Origin: Methanomicrobia archaeon
Lineage (GTDB): Archaea; Halobacteriota; Syntropharchaeia; Alkanophagales; Methanospirareceae
Length of the DNA stretch: 64,000 bases
Direction of reading: 5' to 3'
Assembly (NCBI GenBank): GCA_016930255.1
Contig: JAFGHB010000022.1
Location: 14,989 to 78,988 of the forward strand
A program made the translations under genes and the position numbers. Below the pieces are notes generated by a model. It saw only the letters and a list, made by a program, of their open reading frames with translations, was not told the DNA's origin and did not search any database. Positions 30,150 to 39,783 of this stretch are shown in pieces (position 1 is the stretch's first letter; each line of letters begins with the position of its first letter).

Positions 30150-31868
30150 GTGAATAGAATGGAGGATAATATACAATCTTCACGGGTGATATTCTTTTTA
30201 GGTGCTGGTGCATCCGTTGCTGCTGGGGTTCCCGATACGTATTCCTTTGTTGAAGAATTTAGAGAGAGTATAAGTGACGCTGCTAAAAAAGAATCAATTA
30301 ATCAAATAATCGAGACTCTAGAGGAGTGGAAAGGATCAGAGATTGACATTGAACTCTTATTAGAGACATTAACAAAACTTGAAAGGAAAGATGAAGAACC
30401 ACTAACATCGTTTTTTAAAGAAGATAAGTTCGCTTTAAGCGATTTAACTCTAATAGAACCATTGATAAAAGATTTGAAAGATTTTATTAAAAGCAAAGCT
30501 ATTGTATCAGAGGAGTCAATAAAATATTTGGAACCAATTCTTGGATTCTTGGAAGAACCTTTAGATATTATATCGGTGAATTATGACACCTGTATAGAGC
30601 AGTTCTGTAATGTTTACAGACGTGTCTATCAGGATGGTTTTGAACTTGAATGGAATCCAAAGACTTTTGCTAAGGAACACACAGATATTCGTCTTTATAA
30701 GTTACATGGATCAGTAATGTGGTATCAAAGCGACAAAGCAGGTTACGTCAAAGTACCTATTAGGACAATGGAAAGCGAAATAGAACTTATTACTCGTGAG
30801 AAAGCTATTAACCTCATGCTTTACCCAATGCAAAAGTGGGATTATGCCGAACCGCTTTTAGAACTGCTCGTGGAGATAAAACATCGTCTTGAGTCAGAAA
30901 CGTGCAAGTTTTTGGTTATCGTGGGGTATTCTTTCAGAGATGAACATATCAGAAGGCTACTTTGGGATGCAGCGAGGAAAAACAAAAAACTCACGTGTAT
31001 ATTGATAGATCCGAAGGCATATCAGATTTACTCTAATAAACTTAAATATTATGATGATGCGTCAAAAATTCCCTCATCATTGTATGAACGTGTTGTTTGT
31101 TTGCCGTATAAATTTGAGAAAGTATTCCCTTCCGTCAAAAATTATTACTTACTCAATCTGCAGAATGGTCTTGGTCGTTATGATTCTTTACGTCAACAAG
31201 AAACCATTGAGGGTAAAAAGATAGACTGGATTGCTTGCATCCCTGAGTTGGTAAATGCAGAACATTGTGAAATAGTAGAGCACTTACTTGATCGAATTAA
31301 TGTAACTAAATTTGAAAGAAATTTAGAATTGAACCTTAATTTGCTACTGAAAATGTTTGTTAATTACTCAGCCAGTAACCAAACAGAGAAGGCAGCTGAA
31401 TATTTCCAAAAATTCATTAGTTTTCTTCAAACAATCTTTGTGGAAAGATTAGATCTAGAGGTTTCGAGAGAGCCTAGATTCCCTTCTATTCTGTGGAATT
31501 GCATTCCCACCGATTCAGGTAGGAGTTATCATGATACGAACCAAATAAAGATATTCATTGAAAATTTGTTTGATTTTTGTAACGAGAGAGTAGAGTGGGT
31601 TCAAGAGTCAAGCGATGATTTTTGGAAGGTTAACGAAACGCTAAACTCACTAAATATATATCTGGAGGAGTTTGTAGATGAAACCAAGGATTTTGGAGCG
31701 TATATTACTCTGAGGACTAAAGAAATAGCGGATGTCGTAGGGGATGTCGAAGAATTTAGAAAAAAATACCAAGGAAAAGCGCTTGCGTCGAATGAAGAAC
31801 AAAATGAGCTGAGATCAAAGATTGTGAACATCGAGAAAAACATTTTAACAGGAATTTTAGGGGAGTAG
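30150..31868 (+). CDS. SIR2-like (SIR2_2/DSR-type) domain protein with an uncharacterised helical C-terminal domain; candidate NAD-consuming defence protein
   Basis: VIFFLGAGASVAAGVP (SIR2 GAGxS motif), IISVNYDTCIEQ (SIR2_2 NYD motif), IRLYKLHGSVMW (SIR2_2 KLHGS motif). It is 572 aa, and the gene plus flanks are distinctly AT-rich. Alternative start ATG at 30159. Confidence 0.65.
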   Translation: MNRMEDNIQSSRVIFFLGAGASVAAGVPDTYSFVEEFRESISDAAKKESINQIIETLEEWKGSEIDIELLLETLTKLERKDEEPLTSFFKEDKFALSDLTLIEPLIKDLKDFIKSKAIVSEESIKYLEPILGFLEEPLDIISVNYDTCIEQFCNVYRRVYQDGFELEWNPKTFAKEHTDIRLYKLHGSVMWYQSDKAGYVKVPIRTMESEIELITREKAINLMLYPMQKWDYAEPLLELLVEIKHRLESETCKFLVIVGYSFRDEHIRRLLWDAARKNKKLTCILIDPKAYQIYSNKLKYYDDASKIPSSLYERVVCLPYKFEKVFPSVKNYYLLNLQNGLGRYDSLRQQETIEGKKIDWIACIPELVNAEHCEIVEHLLDRINVTKFERNLELNLNLLLKMFVNYSASNQTEKAAEYFQKFISFLQTIFVERLDLEVSREPRFPSILWNCIPTDSGRSYHDTNQIKIFIENLFDFCNERVEWVQESSDDFWKVNETLNSLNIYLEEFVDETKDFGAYITLRTKEIADVVGDVEEFRKKYQGKALASNEEQNELRSKIVNIEKNILTGILGE

Positions 31869-32032
31869 TTAACGTCAAATTTTTGACGGATTCACACTAC
31901 CTATTACAAAGGCATTGGATTATGGTATTAAGCAGTAAAAGAGACTTCAAATCACATCGCATGGTAATGATCAGGATTAAAAAAATAACTACGAATAACC
32001 TCAAGTTGATTATAGGAGCATCGTAACCGAAA

Positions 32033-32242
32033 ATGAGTGATTGGATTGTCGGCTATCTCATGGGCATGGCCGCTGGTATCGCTGTAGGGTTTGCGAGTGG
32101 CCTGGCAGCGGGCAAGAAGCAGAAACCGTGGTCTGAACTGACCGAGCAGGAAAAGAAGATGCGGAAGCTCCTCATCGGTACAGGAATCGCTCTTCTGGTG
32201 TTGGGCGTTGTTGTCTTCGCAGTACTTACGTTCGGGCTCTAA
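32033..32242 (+). CDS. small hypothetical membrane protein
   Basis: 69 aa, two TM helices. Confidence 0.35.
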   Translation: MSDWIVGYLMGMAAGIAVGFASGLAAGKKQKPWSELTEQEKKMRKLLIGTGIALLVLGVVVFAVLTFGL

Positions 32243-32518
32243 GTTCGCGCGTTAGAAGTTATCCTTTCTGTGCTCTGGTCAGGGCAATTCCGTTATTTAA
32301 AGCTGCCCGAACCGAAAAGAGGAACGGACTATTGCAGAAGTGGGGGGACACCGCCTGAGCAAAGTACTGACTGCATGCAACCGATCCCGGAAGATAATGG
32401 TGCAGTGCGGTGCGGTGAGGTAAGAACGCGCATAAGGAACCAGGTATCTTCCAGTCTGGTCGAGCAAGGTAAGTATAAAATATCCGCATCCCAATTGTAG
32501 ACAAGGGAGTGTTTACGT

Positions 32519-32716
32519 ATGGAGACGAAAGTGAAAGATTTGACTGTTACTGAACTGCAATCGTTAATAACCGATACAATCAGAGGTGCCCTAGAAGACG
32601 TCATCGAGGATATAGTAGCGCTCTCAAGTGACGAGCATCTCCGCTCTATTGCAGAGGCACGACGCGATTATAAAGAAGGTAACGTGAAGCCGCTTGAGGA
32701 TATCCTTGATGTATAA
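32519..32716 (+). CDS. putative type II antitoxin (RelB/ParD-like)
   Basis: 65 aa, acidic, immediately upstream of a RelE-like ORF and overlapping it by 8 nt. Confidence 0.5.
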   Translation: METKVKDLTVTELQSLITDTIRGALEDVIEDIVALSSDEHLRSIAEARRDYKEGNVKPLEDILDV

Positions 32717-32956
32717 GATCGTAGTTACCCAGCGGGCGCTGAGAGACCTGGAGACATTGAGAGGAATACGCAACAGAGAATCACGCTGAAACTCAAGGAA
32801 TACGCTGAAGAGCCTCTTACGTATGCACGAAAGTTAATCCACACTAAAATAGGAACGTACCGATTCAGAATTGGAGATTACCGTGTCATCTTTGATATTG
32901 AGGACGAGTACCTGGTAATTTTGAGAATCGGGCATCGAAGTAGTATTTACAAATAG
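32709..32956 (+). CDS. relE: RelE/ParE-family toxin; one-base frameshift near 32757 (likely G2 read as G1)
   Basis: MYKIVVTQRALRDLETL in frame 0, continuing in frame +2 as RNTQQRITLKLKEYAEEPLTYARKLIHTKIGTYRFRIGDYRVIFDIEDEYLVILRIGHRSSIYK, which is a typical RelE. Restoring one G gives an intact 81-aa toxin. Confidence 0.6.
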
Positions 32957-33102
32957 TGAGATAGAACTATTTAATGGATAAAGATTCATTCATTTGGATT
33001 GGTCCGCAGTATTCTGAGTCCTACATGTAGCTATCACACGCTGCCAGTACAAAGGTGAGGGTAGAGTTATCTTAACCAAATCCCGTCATATCAGTAACCA
33101 CT

Positions 33103-33588
33103 ATGAATGAAATACGATACGCGCCAATTGGAGTTATCCATTCACCGTTCAAAGAGCCGCAGAGCATGCCCATACAGGCCGCAGCCGCACACGATGTCGA
33201 GGGCACGGTTGAGATCTTTCCGGAATACGCGGACGGGCTCACCGACATAGAAGGCTTCTCGCATATCTATCTGATCTTTCATTTCCATCTTTCGCACGGC
33301 TATTCCTTAACGGTAAAGCCCTATCTCGACGATCAGTTACACGGCGTCTTTGTTACCCGGGCACCGGCACGTCCCAACCCTATCGGCCTATCGATTGTGC
33401 GGCTCCTCAAAGTAGAGGGCGTGAAACTCTACGTTCGCGATCTCGATATCGTCGATGGTACGCCGCTTTTGGACATCAAGCCGTACGTTCCTGAATTCGA
33501 CGCCCGAGAAGTAGAGAAGATCGGGTGGCTTAACCAGCACGTGCATAAGCTGCATACAACAAAAGATGACGGGCGATTCATACTATAA
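33103..33588 (+). CDS. TsaA/YaeB-family SAM-dependent methyltransferase (TrmO-like)
   Basis: IGVIHSPF...RPNPIGLSIVRL...DGTPLLDIKPY are hallmark TsaA motifs. Confidence 0.75.
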   Translation: MNEIRYAPIGVIHSPFKEPQSMPIQAAAAHDVEGTVEIFPEYADGLTDIEGFSHIYLIFHFHLSHGYSLTVKPYLDDQLHGVFVTRAPARPNPIGLSIVRLLKVEGVKLYVRDLDIVDGTPLLDIKPYVPEFDAREVEKIGWLNQHVHKLHTTKDDGRFIL

Positions 33589-33691
33589 ACCCGCCCCGAA
33601 ACCCTCCCCTCCGTAAGCAGCGCTGAAAGAAGCTTCTACCTGCCCCTAAAGAGGAACCTTTATATGTCCTGGCGCGTCGATAGAAATAACC

Positions 33692-34357
33692 ATGGCAACC
33701 GTGTTAAAACAGCAAGAAAGCCTTAACGCAGCCTTTTATAAAAGAGCTGGCGTTGGTTTCGCATGCGCGGGCATCGGCGTGATCATCATCATATTTTTTA
33801 CTCGAGCTGTGGTTGTTGGCGGCTTCTTACTTATCGCAGGAACGGTTTTGATACGAGGAGGGCATAAATTTCACCTCGGTGCAGTGGGCGAAAATCGCGT
33901 GGCGAACGTACTGGCCCGCTTCCCTGACGAGTGGTTTATCTTCAATGACATGGTTGTCGGACGTTCTCAAATTGATCACCTTGTTGTCGCTCCTGTTGGC
34001 GTTTTCACCATCGAGACAAAGAACTACCGGGGCACGATCTACGGAAACGCGGCAAAGCAGAAGTGGTCCCAGGTTATCAACCATCACGAAACAACTTTCT
34101 ATAACCCGGTTAAGCAAGGGATCGGTCATTCTGTAGCATTGAGCAAATTCCTCGCGGAATGCGGTTTAAAGAACGTCTGGGTTGACACGATCGTGGTTTT
34201 CGCCGAGCCACGGGTGAATCTTAAGGTGTTCTCGCCCAAAGTGCCGGTAATCTATCTATCCGAATTACGTGAATTGTTAAACAAGCAAAAACAGGTTATG
34301 GACTCTGGCTACTGCACTAAGATCGCTACCTGCGTGTCCACGTTAATTCCTGCTTAG
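33692..34357 (+). CDS. NERD (nuclease-related domain) membrane protein
   Basis: N-terminal TM helices, then GENRVANVL...FNDMVV...IDHLVVAPVGVFTIETKNYRG, consistent with a NERD domain. Confidence 0.6.
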   Translation: MATVLKQQESLNAAFYKRAGVGFACAGIGVIIIIFFTRAVVVGGFLLIAGTVLIRGGHKFHLGAVGENRVANVLARFPDEWFIFNDMVVGRSQIDHLVVAPVGVFTIETKNYRGTIYGNAAKQKWSQVINHHETTFYNPVKQGIGHSVALSKFLAECGLKNVWVDTIVVFAEPRVNLKVFSPKVPVIYLSELRELLNKQKQVMDSGYCTKIATCVSTLIPA

Positions 34358-34524
34358 TGTAAGTAAAGAACAGGCCTCGTTGAAGTCATTACATTACCGC
34401 TTTCTGCTTTGAGCGTGATAAGCGGCGAAAAAAACAAATCGGCTGAGAAAGAAGTAGCACCCCCTTTATAAGCAGGTATAAAAAACAGCAGCTCTACTGC
34501 TCATTCATTCATTTCTTATTTCTC

Positions 34525-34690
34525 CGCTTTAGCTTCAACATTGGCTTTAAACACGCCGCAGCCAGCCGACATAGTTAGTCCTGCTCATACCAGCTCGTCA
34601 TATTCATCCGAGCACCGTCACGCTCGTCAAAGTACGTGCATCTCCTGCCCGTCTTGCCTTGTATAAGTCCTTCATTGTCTTATTCGTTAG
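34525..34690 (-). pseudogene. decayed copy of the small Cys-rich zinc-finger gene found at 41542-41703
   Basis: About 140 nt with clear nucleotide homology to 41545-41700. It translates as MKDLYKARRAGD..., frameshifted and lacking the CPK motif. Confidence 0.4.
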
Positions 34691-34787
34691 AATTCCGTAC
34701 CTCACACGCCGTTGTCCCAAGAAGTAAAAAAACAGAAGGTTTATCCCTTAGGATAGGATATAGAAAATCCGGTGGTGATGAAAACAC

Positions 34788-35444
34788 ATGTATGCCGAAC
34801 TCTCAAATAAACTAAAGGGTATTCTGAGGCTCGAAAGCTCTCCGATTGCTATTGCGTTCTCTACCGAACCTCCGGAAGGCGTTGAACAACTGAAAGGGCG
34901 AATGAGACTCTGTCAAATGCTCGATAAAGTCAGACTTGACGGAGAATCGTTCTATACGGTCTACGAGAACCATGAGTGTGACGGAGGCGCTTATAGCTGT
35001 GGGATGATAACGCCGAGTGAACGGCTGAAGACCGGCGAGTTCCTTGCCCGGGATTTGGGGCTCTTTGGCTCTACGAGAGCTGCAAGGCGATTTATCAGCT
35101 CGATCCCGAGAATCGAACCAGAAACCGTCAAAGTGGTTTCTTTTTCGCCGCTCGAATCCGCAACATTTGAACCTGACATCGTTGTTCTCATCTGCAATGC
35201 GAAGCAAGGCATGAAAATCGCCGAGGCCGCTGCATACGAATCGGGTAAGAATACCCTGGGCTTAACAGGGCCGCCTATCTGTTCAGCAGTGGTTGCTTAC
35301 CCCTTTTTGTCCGGAGAAGTTGTTTACAGCCTGGGTGATATGGGTGCAAGGAGGTCTATGAAACTCAAAGATGAGGATATCTTCGTTGCGATACCCGCAG
35401 AGCTGTTGCCCGAGATCGTGGCGAATCTTGGAAAACTGAGATAG
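34788..35444 (+). CDS. DUF169-family protein
   Basis: 218 aa, SPIAIAF...CQM...YSCG-type motifs seen in DUF169 (COG2043). Confidence 0.55.
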   Translation: MYAELSNKLKGILRLESSPIAIAFSTEPPEGVEQLKGRMRLCQMLDKVRLDGESFYTVYENHECDGGAYSCGMITPSERLKTGEFLARDLGLFGSTRAARRFISSIPRIEPETVKVVSFSPLESATFEPDIVVLICNAKQGMKIAEAAAYESGKNTLGLTGPPICSAVVAYPFLSGEVVYSLGDMGARRSMKLKDEDIFVAIPAELLPEIVANLGKLR

Positions 35445-35554
35445 AGTTAGTTGCAATGAACCTTCTTTCCTCGCGCTTGTTCGGTCTACGCGTAACCTTC
35501 TCGCACCCGTTATCTTTAGGTTAGTAAAACTCTAATGCAGTTTCACCGAGAAGA

Positions 35555-36202
35555 ATGAAAATCGAGAGCATTCCCGCCCTGGGATCTTATATCTACGCAT
35601 TTATTGCGCGCAAGAGCCCGCCGTTACGGGACTTGTGTAAAGCGGTGGCGGCTGAGGTTACCGGAACGATCACCGCAGGACGGATATTGGATATCGGAAC
35701 CGGCCCGGGCTATCTGCTTATCGAGATCGCTGCACGCGCGCCCGGTTTAGAACTCGACGGTATTGACCTCTCGCCCGCAATGGTGAAAATAGCGCGTAAA
35801 AACGCAGCAAAGAAGGGCGTTGCGGACCACGTGCGGTTTCAACGCGCGAATGCCGCCGATCTGCCCTTTGACGATGGCTCTTTCGACTTAATCCTAAGCA
35901 CGCTCAGCTTCCATCACTGGTCACGACCGCTCGAGTGCCTCACGGAGATTCGTCGTGTCCTCAAAGCGCAGCACGAAGCCTAGATCTATGACGCGCGGCG
36001 CGATACCACGAACGAGGTCAATGCAGCATTCAGAAATGAATATGGCCGGTTCTTAGCGTTCCTCTTCCTGAGGCTCGTACGGGCGCACTCATCGGTCACC
36101 TTACGCGAGCTGGAAATGCTGCTCGCTGCTCCTGAACTGCGCTTCGCGCGAGCTACCATCATTGATCGTGGCGTCTTCCTTAAATTGCAACTCGTGAAGT
36201 AA
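35555..36202 (+). CDS. class I SAM-dependent methyltransferase with an in-frame TAG codon at 35981-35983
   Basis: ILDIGTGPGYLLIEIA (motif I), LPFDDGSFDLILS (motif II/III). The frame continues unbroken after the TAG (IYDARRDT...LQLVK) to TAA at 36200-36202, giving a normal ~215-aa methyltransferase. Confidence 0.55.
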
Positions 36203-36354
36203 AGTGTAGTGAAGTGAACCAATAAAAGAGGACGCTTCGCCTACCTTAACGTACGTCTCGGTAACGGGTGTGCATAAAGCGAACTTTATTTTATATATAA
36301 TGGGATCTAACTATAGAGCGATACTTAATTGCGAGATGGGGGTGATAAGAAGCA

Positions 36355-37215
36355 ATGGTGGTTGAACAAATCTCTCGTTCTACCACACCGGTCGTCCTTG
36401 CCAAAGGCGATACGGTGGTCTCACAGGGTACCGGTTTCTTTTATTTATACCTGCATCGGAACCTCAATCTTAAAATTCTCTACCTCGTTACCGCGTATCA
36501 CGTTCTGACCGGCTCGAGCCCGTCAGAGCAAAAGCCGCCTCAAGGCGACAGCATCACGTTCCAGTTTCATCGTTCCGCGGAAGTACCCGGCGATATTAAG
36601 ATCGTGCACCTCCCCTTGTTTACGAAGGACGAGAAACCACGTTGGATAACAAGTTCATCCTGTCCTGAAGCCGATTTAGCGGTAATACCACTCCTCAACA
36701 CCCTGTACAACGGCTGCGACGTAAAAGCGCTCTCCCCGGAATGGGCCGAGGGCGATATAAAGATCAGACCAGCGACGACCGTGACGCTGGTCGGGTATCC
36801 GGACGGATTTTATGACAAAACGAATGCGCTGCCCGTCTGGCACACGGGAAGTGTGGCAAGTGAACCCGAAATTGATTTCGATGCCAAACCTCTGTTTCTC
36901 GTAGACGTGTCTGCCGTTTCCGGTATGTCCGGCGCTCCCGTCTTCGCCATATCCTATGGCACGTATCAACGGAAGAACGGCAGTATAAAGGGAGAGGTTC
37001 AAAAGTTCCTGGGTCTCTACGCACACACGAGTGGGAAGCCTGGGGGTAAGGAGAAGTATCTCGAATTAGAAGAAAGCCACGACAAGAAATCAGGCCTTGT
37101 CGAGTACGAAGCTCGTACGATAGGTCATGTCTGGAAAGCGAGTCTCATTAAACAGACATTAGACAGTATTGATTTCGACCAGTATAATAAGGAGATCCTG
37201 GTGAATTTTATGTAA
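36355..37215 (+). CDS. trypsin-like (chymotrypsin-fold, S1-type) serine peptidase, no signal peptide
   Basis: GTGFF, TAYHV (His), DLAVI (Asp), GMSGAPVF (GxSGxP with the catalytic Ser). Confidence 0.65.
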   Translation: MVVEQISRSTTPVVLAKGDTVVSQGTGFFYLYLHRNLNLKILYLVTAYHVLTGSSPSEQKPPQGDSITFQFHRSAEVPGDIKIVHLPLFTKDEKPRWITSSSCPEADLAVIPLLNTLYNGCDVKALSPEWAEGDIKIRPATTVTLVGYPDGFYDKTNALPVWHTGSVASEPEIDFDAKPLFLVDVSAVSGMSGAPVFAISYGTYQRKNGSIKGEVQKFLGLYAHTSGKPGGKEKYLELEESHDKKSGLVEYEARTIGHVWKASLIKQTLDSIDFDQYNKEILVNFM

Positions 37216-37224
37216 TTGCGGCAT

Positions 37225-37248
37225 GTTGCCGTTGCCGTTGCCGTTGCC
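37225..37248. repeat. hexanucleotide microsatellite (GTTGCC)x4
   Basis: GTTGCCGTTGCCGTTGCCGTTGCC, immediately 3' of the protease gene. Confidence 0.8.
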
Positions 37249-37374
37249 GATAGATCGCTCGCTCTACTCTCTACGCTCAAAAATGTTATTTGTACATTCC
37301 ATCCGCTAATTACGCGTTGACCTGAAAAGAACCAATTGAACCCACAAACGTTTTCTCTCGTATCGGCACCCTCG

Positions 37375-37881
37375 TTATCGCGCCCACTCCCGCCTCATGC
37401 AGTTCTCGATGGCAACATCCTTTGTGGGATATAAATCGAGGATTATTTCATCGGGACGGAACCACAGTTTTATCTCGCGCTCTGCCTCTGTTTCATCGGA
37501 AGAGACATGAATGACATTCTCAAAAAGGCCTGATCTAAGTATTCTACCGTACCCGCCCCGGATAGAGGTCGGTTCTGCCTCTTCGGGATTGGTTGCGCCG
37601 GCAAGTTCTCTGCATTTTCTTATCGCGTCCTCACCCCAATAAACCAACGCCATCACTTTCCTGCAGCTGTGCAGTTCCCCCTGTATATACCGTATCAACT
37701 CTTCAAAGAACGGCTCATCTTTAAGGTGCCCATAGTGCTCCTCCGCCAACTCCCGTGAGACACGCACCATTTTCGCCGCCACAATCTTCAGCTTTGCTTC
37801 TGATAATCTCGTTAAAATGTTCCCGGTCAACGATTTTCTCAACCCATCTGGCTTGATGAGAACTAATACCGCCTGATCCAT
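37375..37881 (-). CDS. ndk: nucleoside diphosphate kinase
   Basis: LVLIKPDGL, GATNPEEAEPTSIRGGYG and NVIHVSSD motifs of Ndk. Confidence 0.75.
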   Translation of the reverse strand: MDQAVLVLIKPDGLRKSLTGNILTRLSEAKLKIVAAKMVRVSRELAEEHYGHLKDEPFFEELIRYIQGELHSCRKVMALVYWGEDAIRKCRELAGATNPEEAEPTSIRGGYGRILRSGLFENVIHVSSDETEAEREIKLWFRPDEIILDLYPTKDVAIENCMRREWAR

Positions 37882-38158
37882 ACGTTTTGCCTCGTTCTTA
37901 CGTTCTCCCTTCTCAGTTATAAAACTGAGTGCTGTCTATAATTTTTCAGTACTCTTACCGCTCGTGCTACAAAAGAGGAAGGCAATAGGTCTCAATACGT
38001 CCGTCCGTCAGCGTTAAATAAATAGCGGGACAGGTGCTAAATCCGAAGCAAGATAGAACGCATGGGTGCTTACATGATATAAAGCCACCAAAAGCGAAAG
38101 CTTTATTTGAGTGCTGAACTAATTGAGGTAACGCAGGAGGATACTGCTAGTATAAGAC

Positions 38159-38854
38159 ATGAATAAAAAACCTGTGGCGGTGGGAGTTGTGGTGGTTGTC
38201 GTCGTAATGATGCTGGGCTTTTACGTTTGGGGAGGTTTCCAGAAAACGAACGATATGACAACTGTCGATGAGAGCGGTAGTACGTCCATCGATGAACCCG
38301 TTCTGAGATCCACAATTGATCAAATGCCTGTGGAAGTCCTAAGCGATGCTGAAAAGGCGGGCATCCTGTATATGCGCGAAGAGGAAAAATTAGCCCACGA
38401 CGTGTACCTCACGCTCTACGAGCAGTGGAATCTACCAATTTTTAATAACATTGCGCGGTCTGAACAGACCCATACTGATGCGGTTAAGACGCTTATCGAT
38501 AAATATGGATTGGTCGACCCGGCTACGGCTACAATCGGATCGTTCAGCAACCCTGAACTTCAAGCGCTCTACGAAAACCTTGTCAATGATGGAAGCATAT
38601 CATTGCAAGACGCACTCAACGTTGGCGCTGCGGTAGAGGAAATTGACATACTTGATTTGCAAGAGTACCTTGCAGAGACCGATAACGAGGACATAACGCT
38701 GGTGTACGAAAACCTGATGAAGGGATCACGAAATCACTTACGGGCTTTTGTTTCAACCCTCGAACGGCAAGGTTACGACTATACACCGCAATACCTGAGC
38801 CAAGAAGAATTTGATGCGATCGTAAGCAGCCCCTTAGAACGAGGACGGTCCTGA
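38159..38854 (+). CDS. DUF2202-like ferritin-like-fold protein, membrane-anchored
   Basis: N-terminal TM, then repeated EE..AHDVY.../...LVYENLMKGSRNHLRAF helices reminiscent of DUF2202. Confidence 0.5.
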   Translation: MNKKPVAVGVVVVVVVMMLGFYVWGGFQKTNDMTTVDESGSTSIDEPVLRSTIDQMPVEVLSDAEKAGILYMREEEKLAHDVYLTLYEQWNLPIFNNIARSEQTHTDAVKTLIDKYGLVDPATATIGSFSNPELQALYENLVNDGSISLQDALNVGAAVEEIDILDLQEYLAETDNEDITLVYENLMKGSRNHLRAFVSTLERQGYDYTPQYLSQEEFDAIVSSPLERGRS

Positions 38855-38972
38855 TTCTTATCCCCACCCAAAATGGCTGGGGGCTATACAAAAGGGGATA
38901 ATGGACTGTACAGCCCGTAGTGAAAACCGTGCGAGAGGTCGCCGAAACGGCTCGGGAGGAAGCAAGTGGTAA

Positions 38973-39656
38973 CTACCGCCCCAAAAAGCTTTCAGTTACA
39001 TTACCCGTGTTCGAATAGCCGCGGCTTTCCCAGTAGCCTCGGTACGTAACGTCGTCCGATAATTCGATCTCCGTTATCCATTTTATCCACTTGTAGCCCC
39101 ATTTACTCTCTGCTACGAGCTCGAACGGGAACCCGCGCTCTGGCGGAAGCGTAACGTTGTTCATTTTATACGCCATGATGATATCATTATCCTGGATATA
39201 CTCAAGCGGAAAAGACGTGGTGTAGCCGTCATAGGCGTGGAATATAACGACCGTTGCATTTGAGTCGGGATTCGCTTCCTGTAGTAAATCCCCAACCAAC
39301 ACACCCTCCCAGAGAATCGTTACACCCCAGCCCTCGACGCAGTCCAATCGCACCACTTTTTTCCGGGGGTCGAAGGCACCAACGACCTCATCATACGAAT
39401 ACGTTTGAGGATTCTCCACAAGACCCGTGATTCTAAGCGCATAGCTCTCTTTGTCTACGTGCTGCGGGCCTTTTATCGAATTCTCTCGGAAATCATCGAT
39501 CGAAGAAAGGTCTTCGCCTTCATACGCGGTAATCTCAACATAATCCACGGGTTCTGCTTCTTCTGCTTCTTCTTGTTGAACGCAGCCACTGAACAAAATG
39601 CTCGCTGCAATGACGAATACCAGAAAACCAAAAGTGAGGAACTTCGAGTGCTTCAT
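38973..39656 (-). CDS. molybdopterin-dependent oxidoreductase (sulfite-oxidase/YedY-like catalytic subunit), lipoprotein
   Basis: Lipobox-like LFSGC; Oxidored_molyb-like LRITGLVENPQTYSYDEV...RLDCVEGWGV. Confidence 0.6.
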   Translation of the reverse strand: MKHSKFLTFGFLVFVIAASILFSGCVQQEEAEEAEPVDYVEITAYEGEDLSSIDDFRENSIKGPQHVDKESYALRITGLVENPQTYSYDEVVGAFDPRKKVVRLDCVEGWGVTILWEGVLVGDLLQEANPDSNATVVIFHAYDGYTTSFPLEYIQDNDIIMAYKMNNVTLPPERGFPFELVAESKWGYKWIKWITEIELSDDVTYRGYWESRGYSNTGNVTESFLGR

Positions 39657-39783
39657 GGTTTTTCAGGTCTATACTAATGAGATTGTACTGGTCGGTTAAA
39701 AAGTTTTGTGAACGGAAACCCGTTAAGGTCGAAACGTCGACGTGAGTATGGAGTGTAGAGAGAAATCGAACCGGATAAGAGCG

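Noticed and set aside
32243-32518. Possible SRP (7S) RNA
   Set aside because: Only a short CCCGGAAG resemblance. It lacks the GC-rich terminal helix and the helix-8 features of archaeal SRP RNA.
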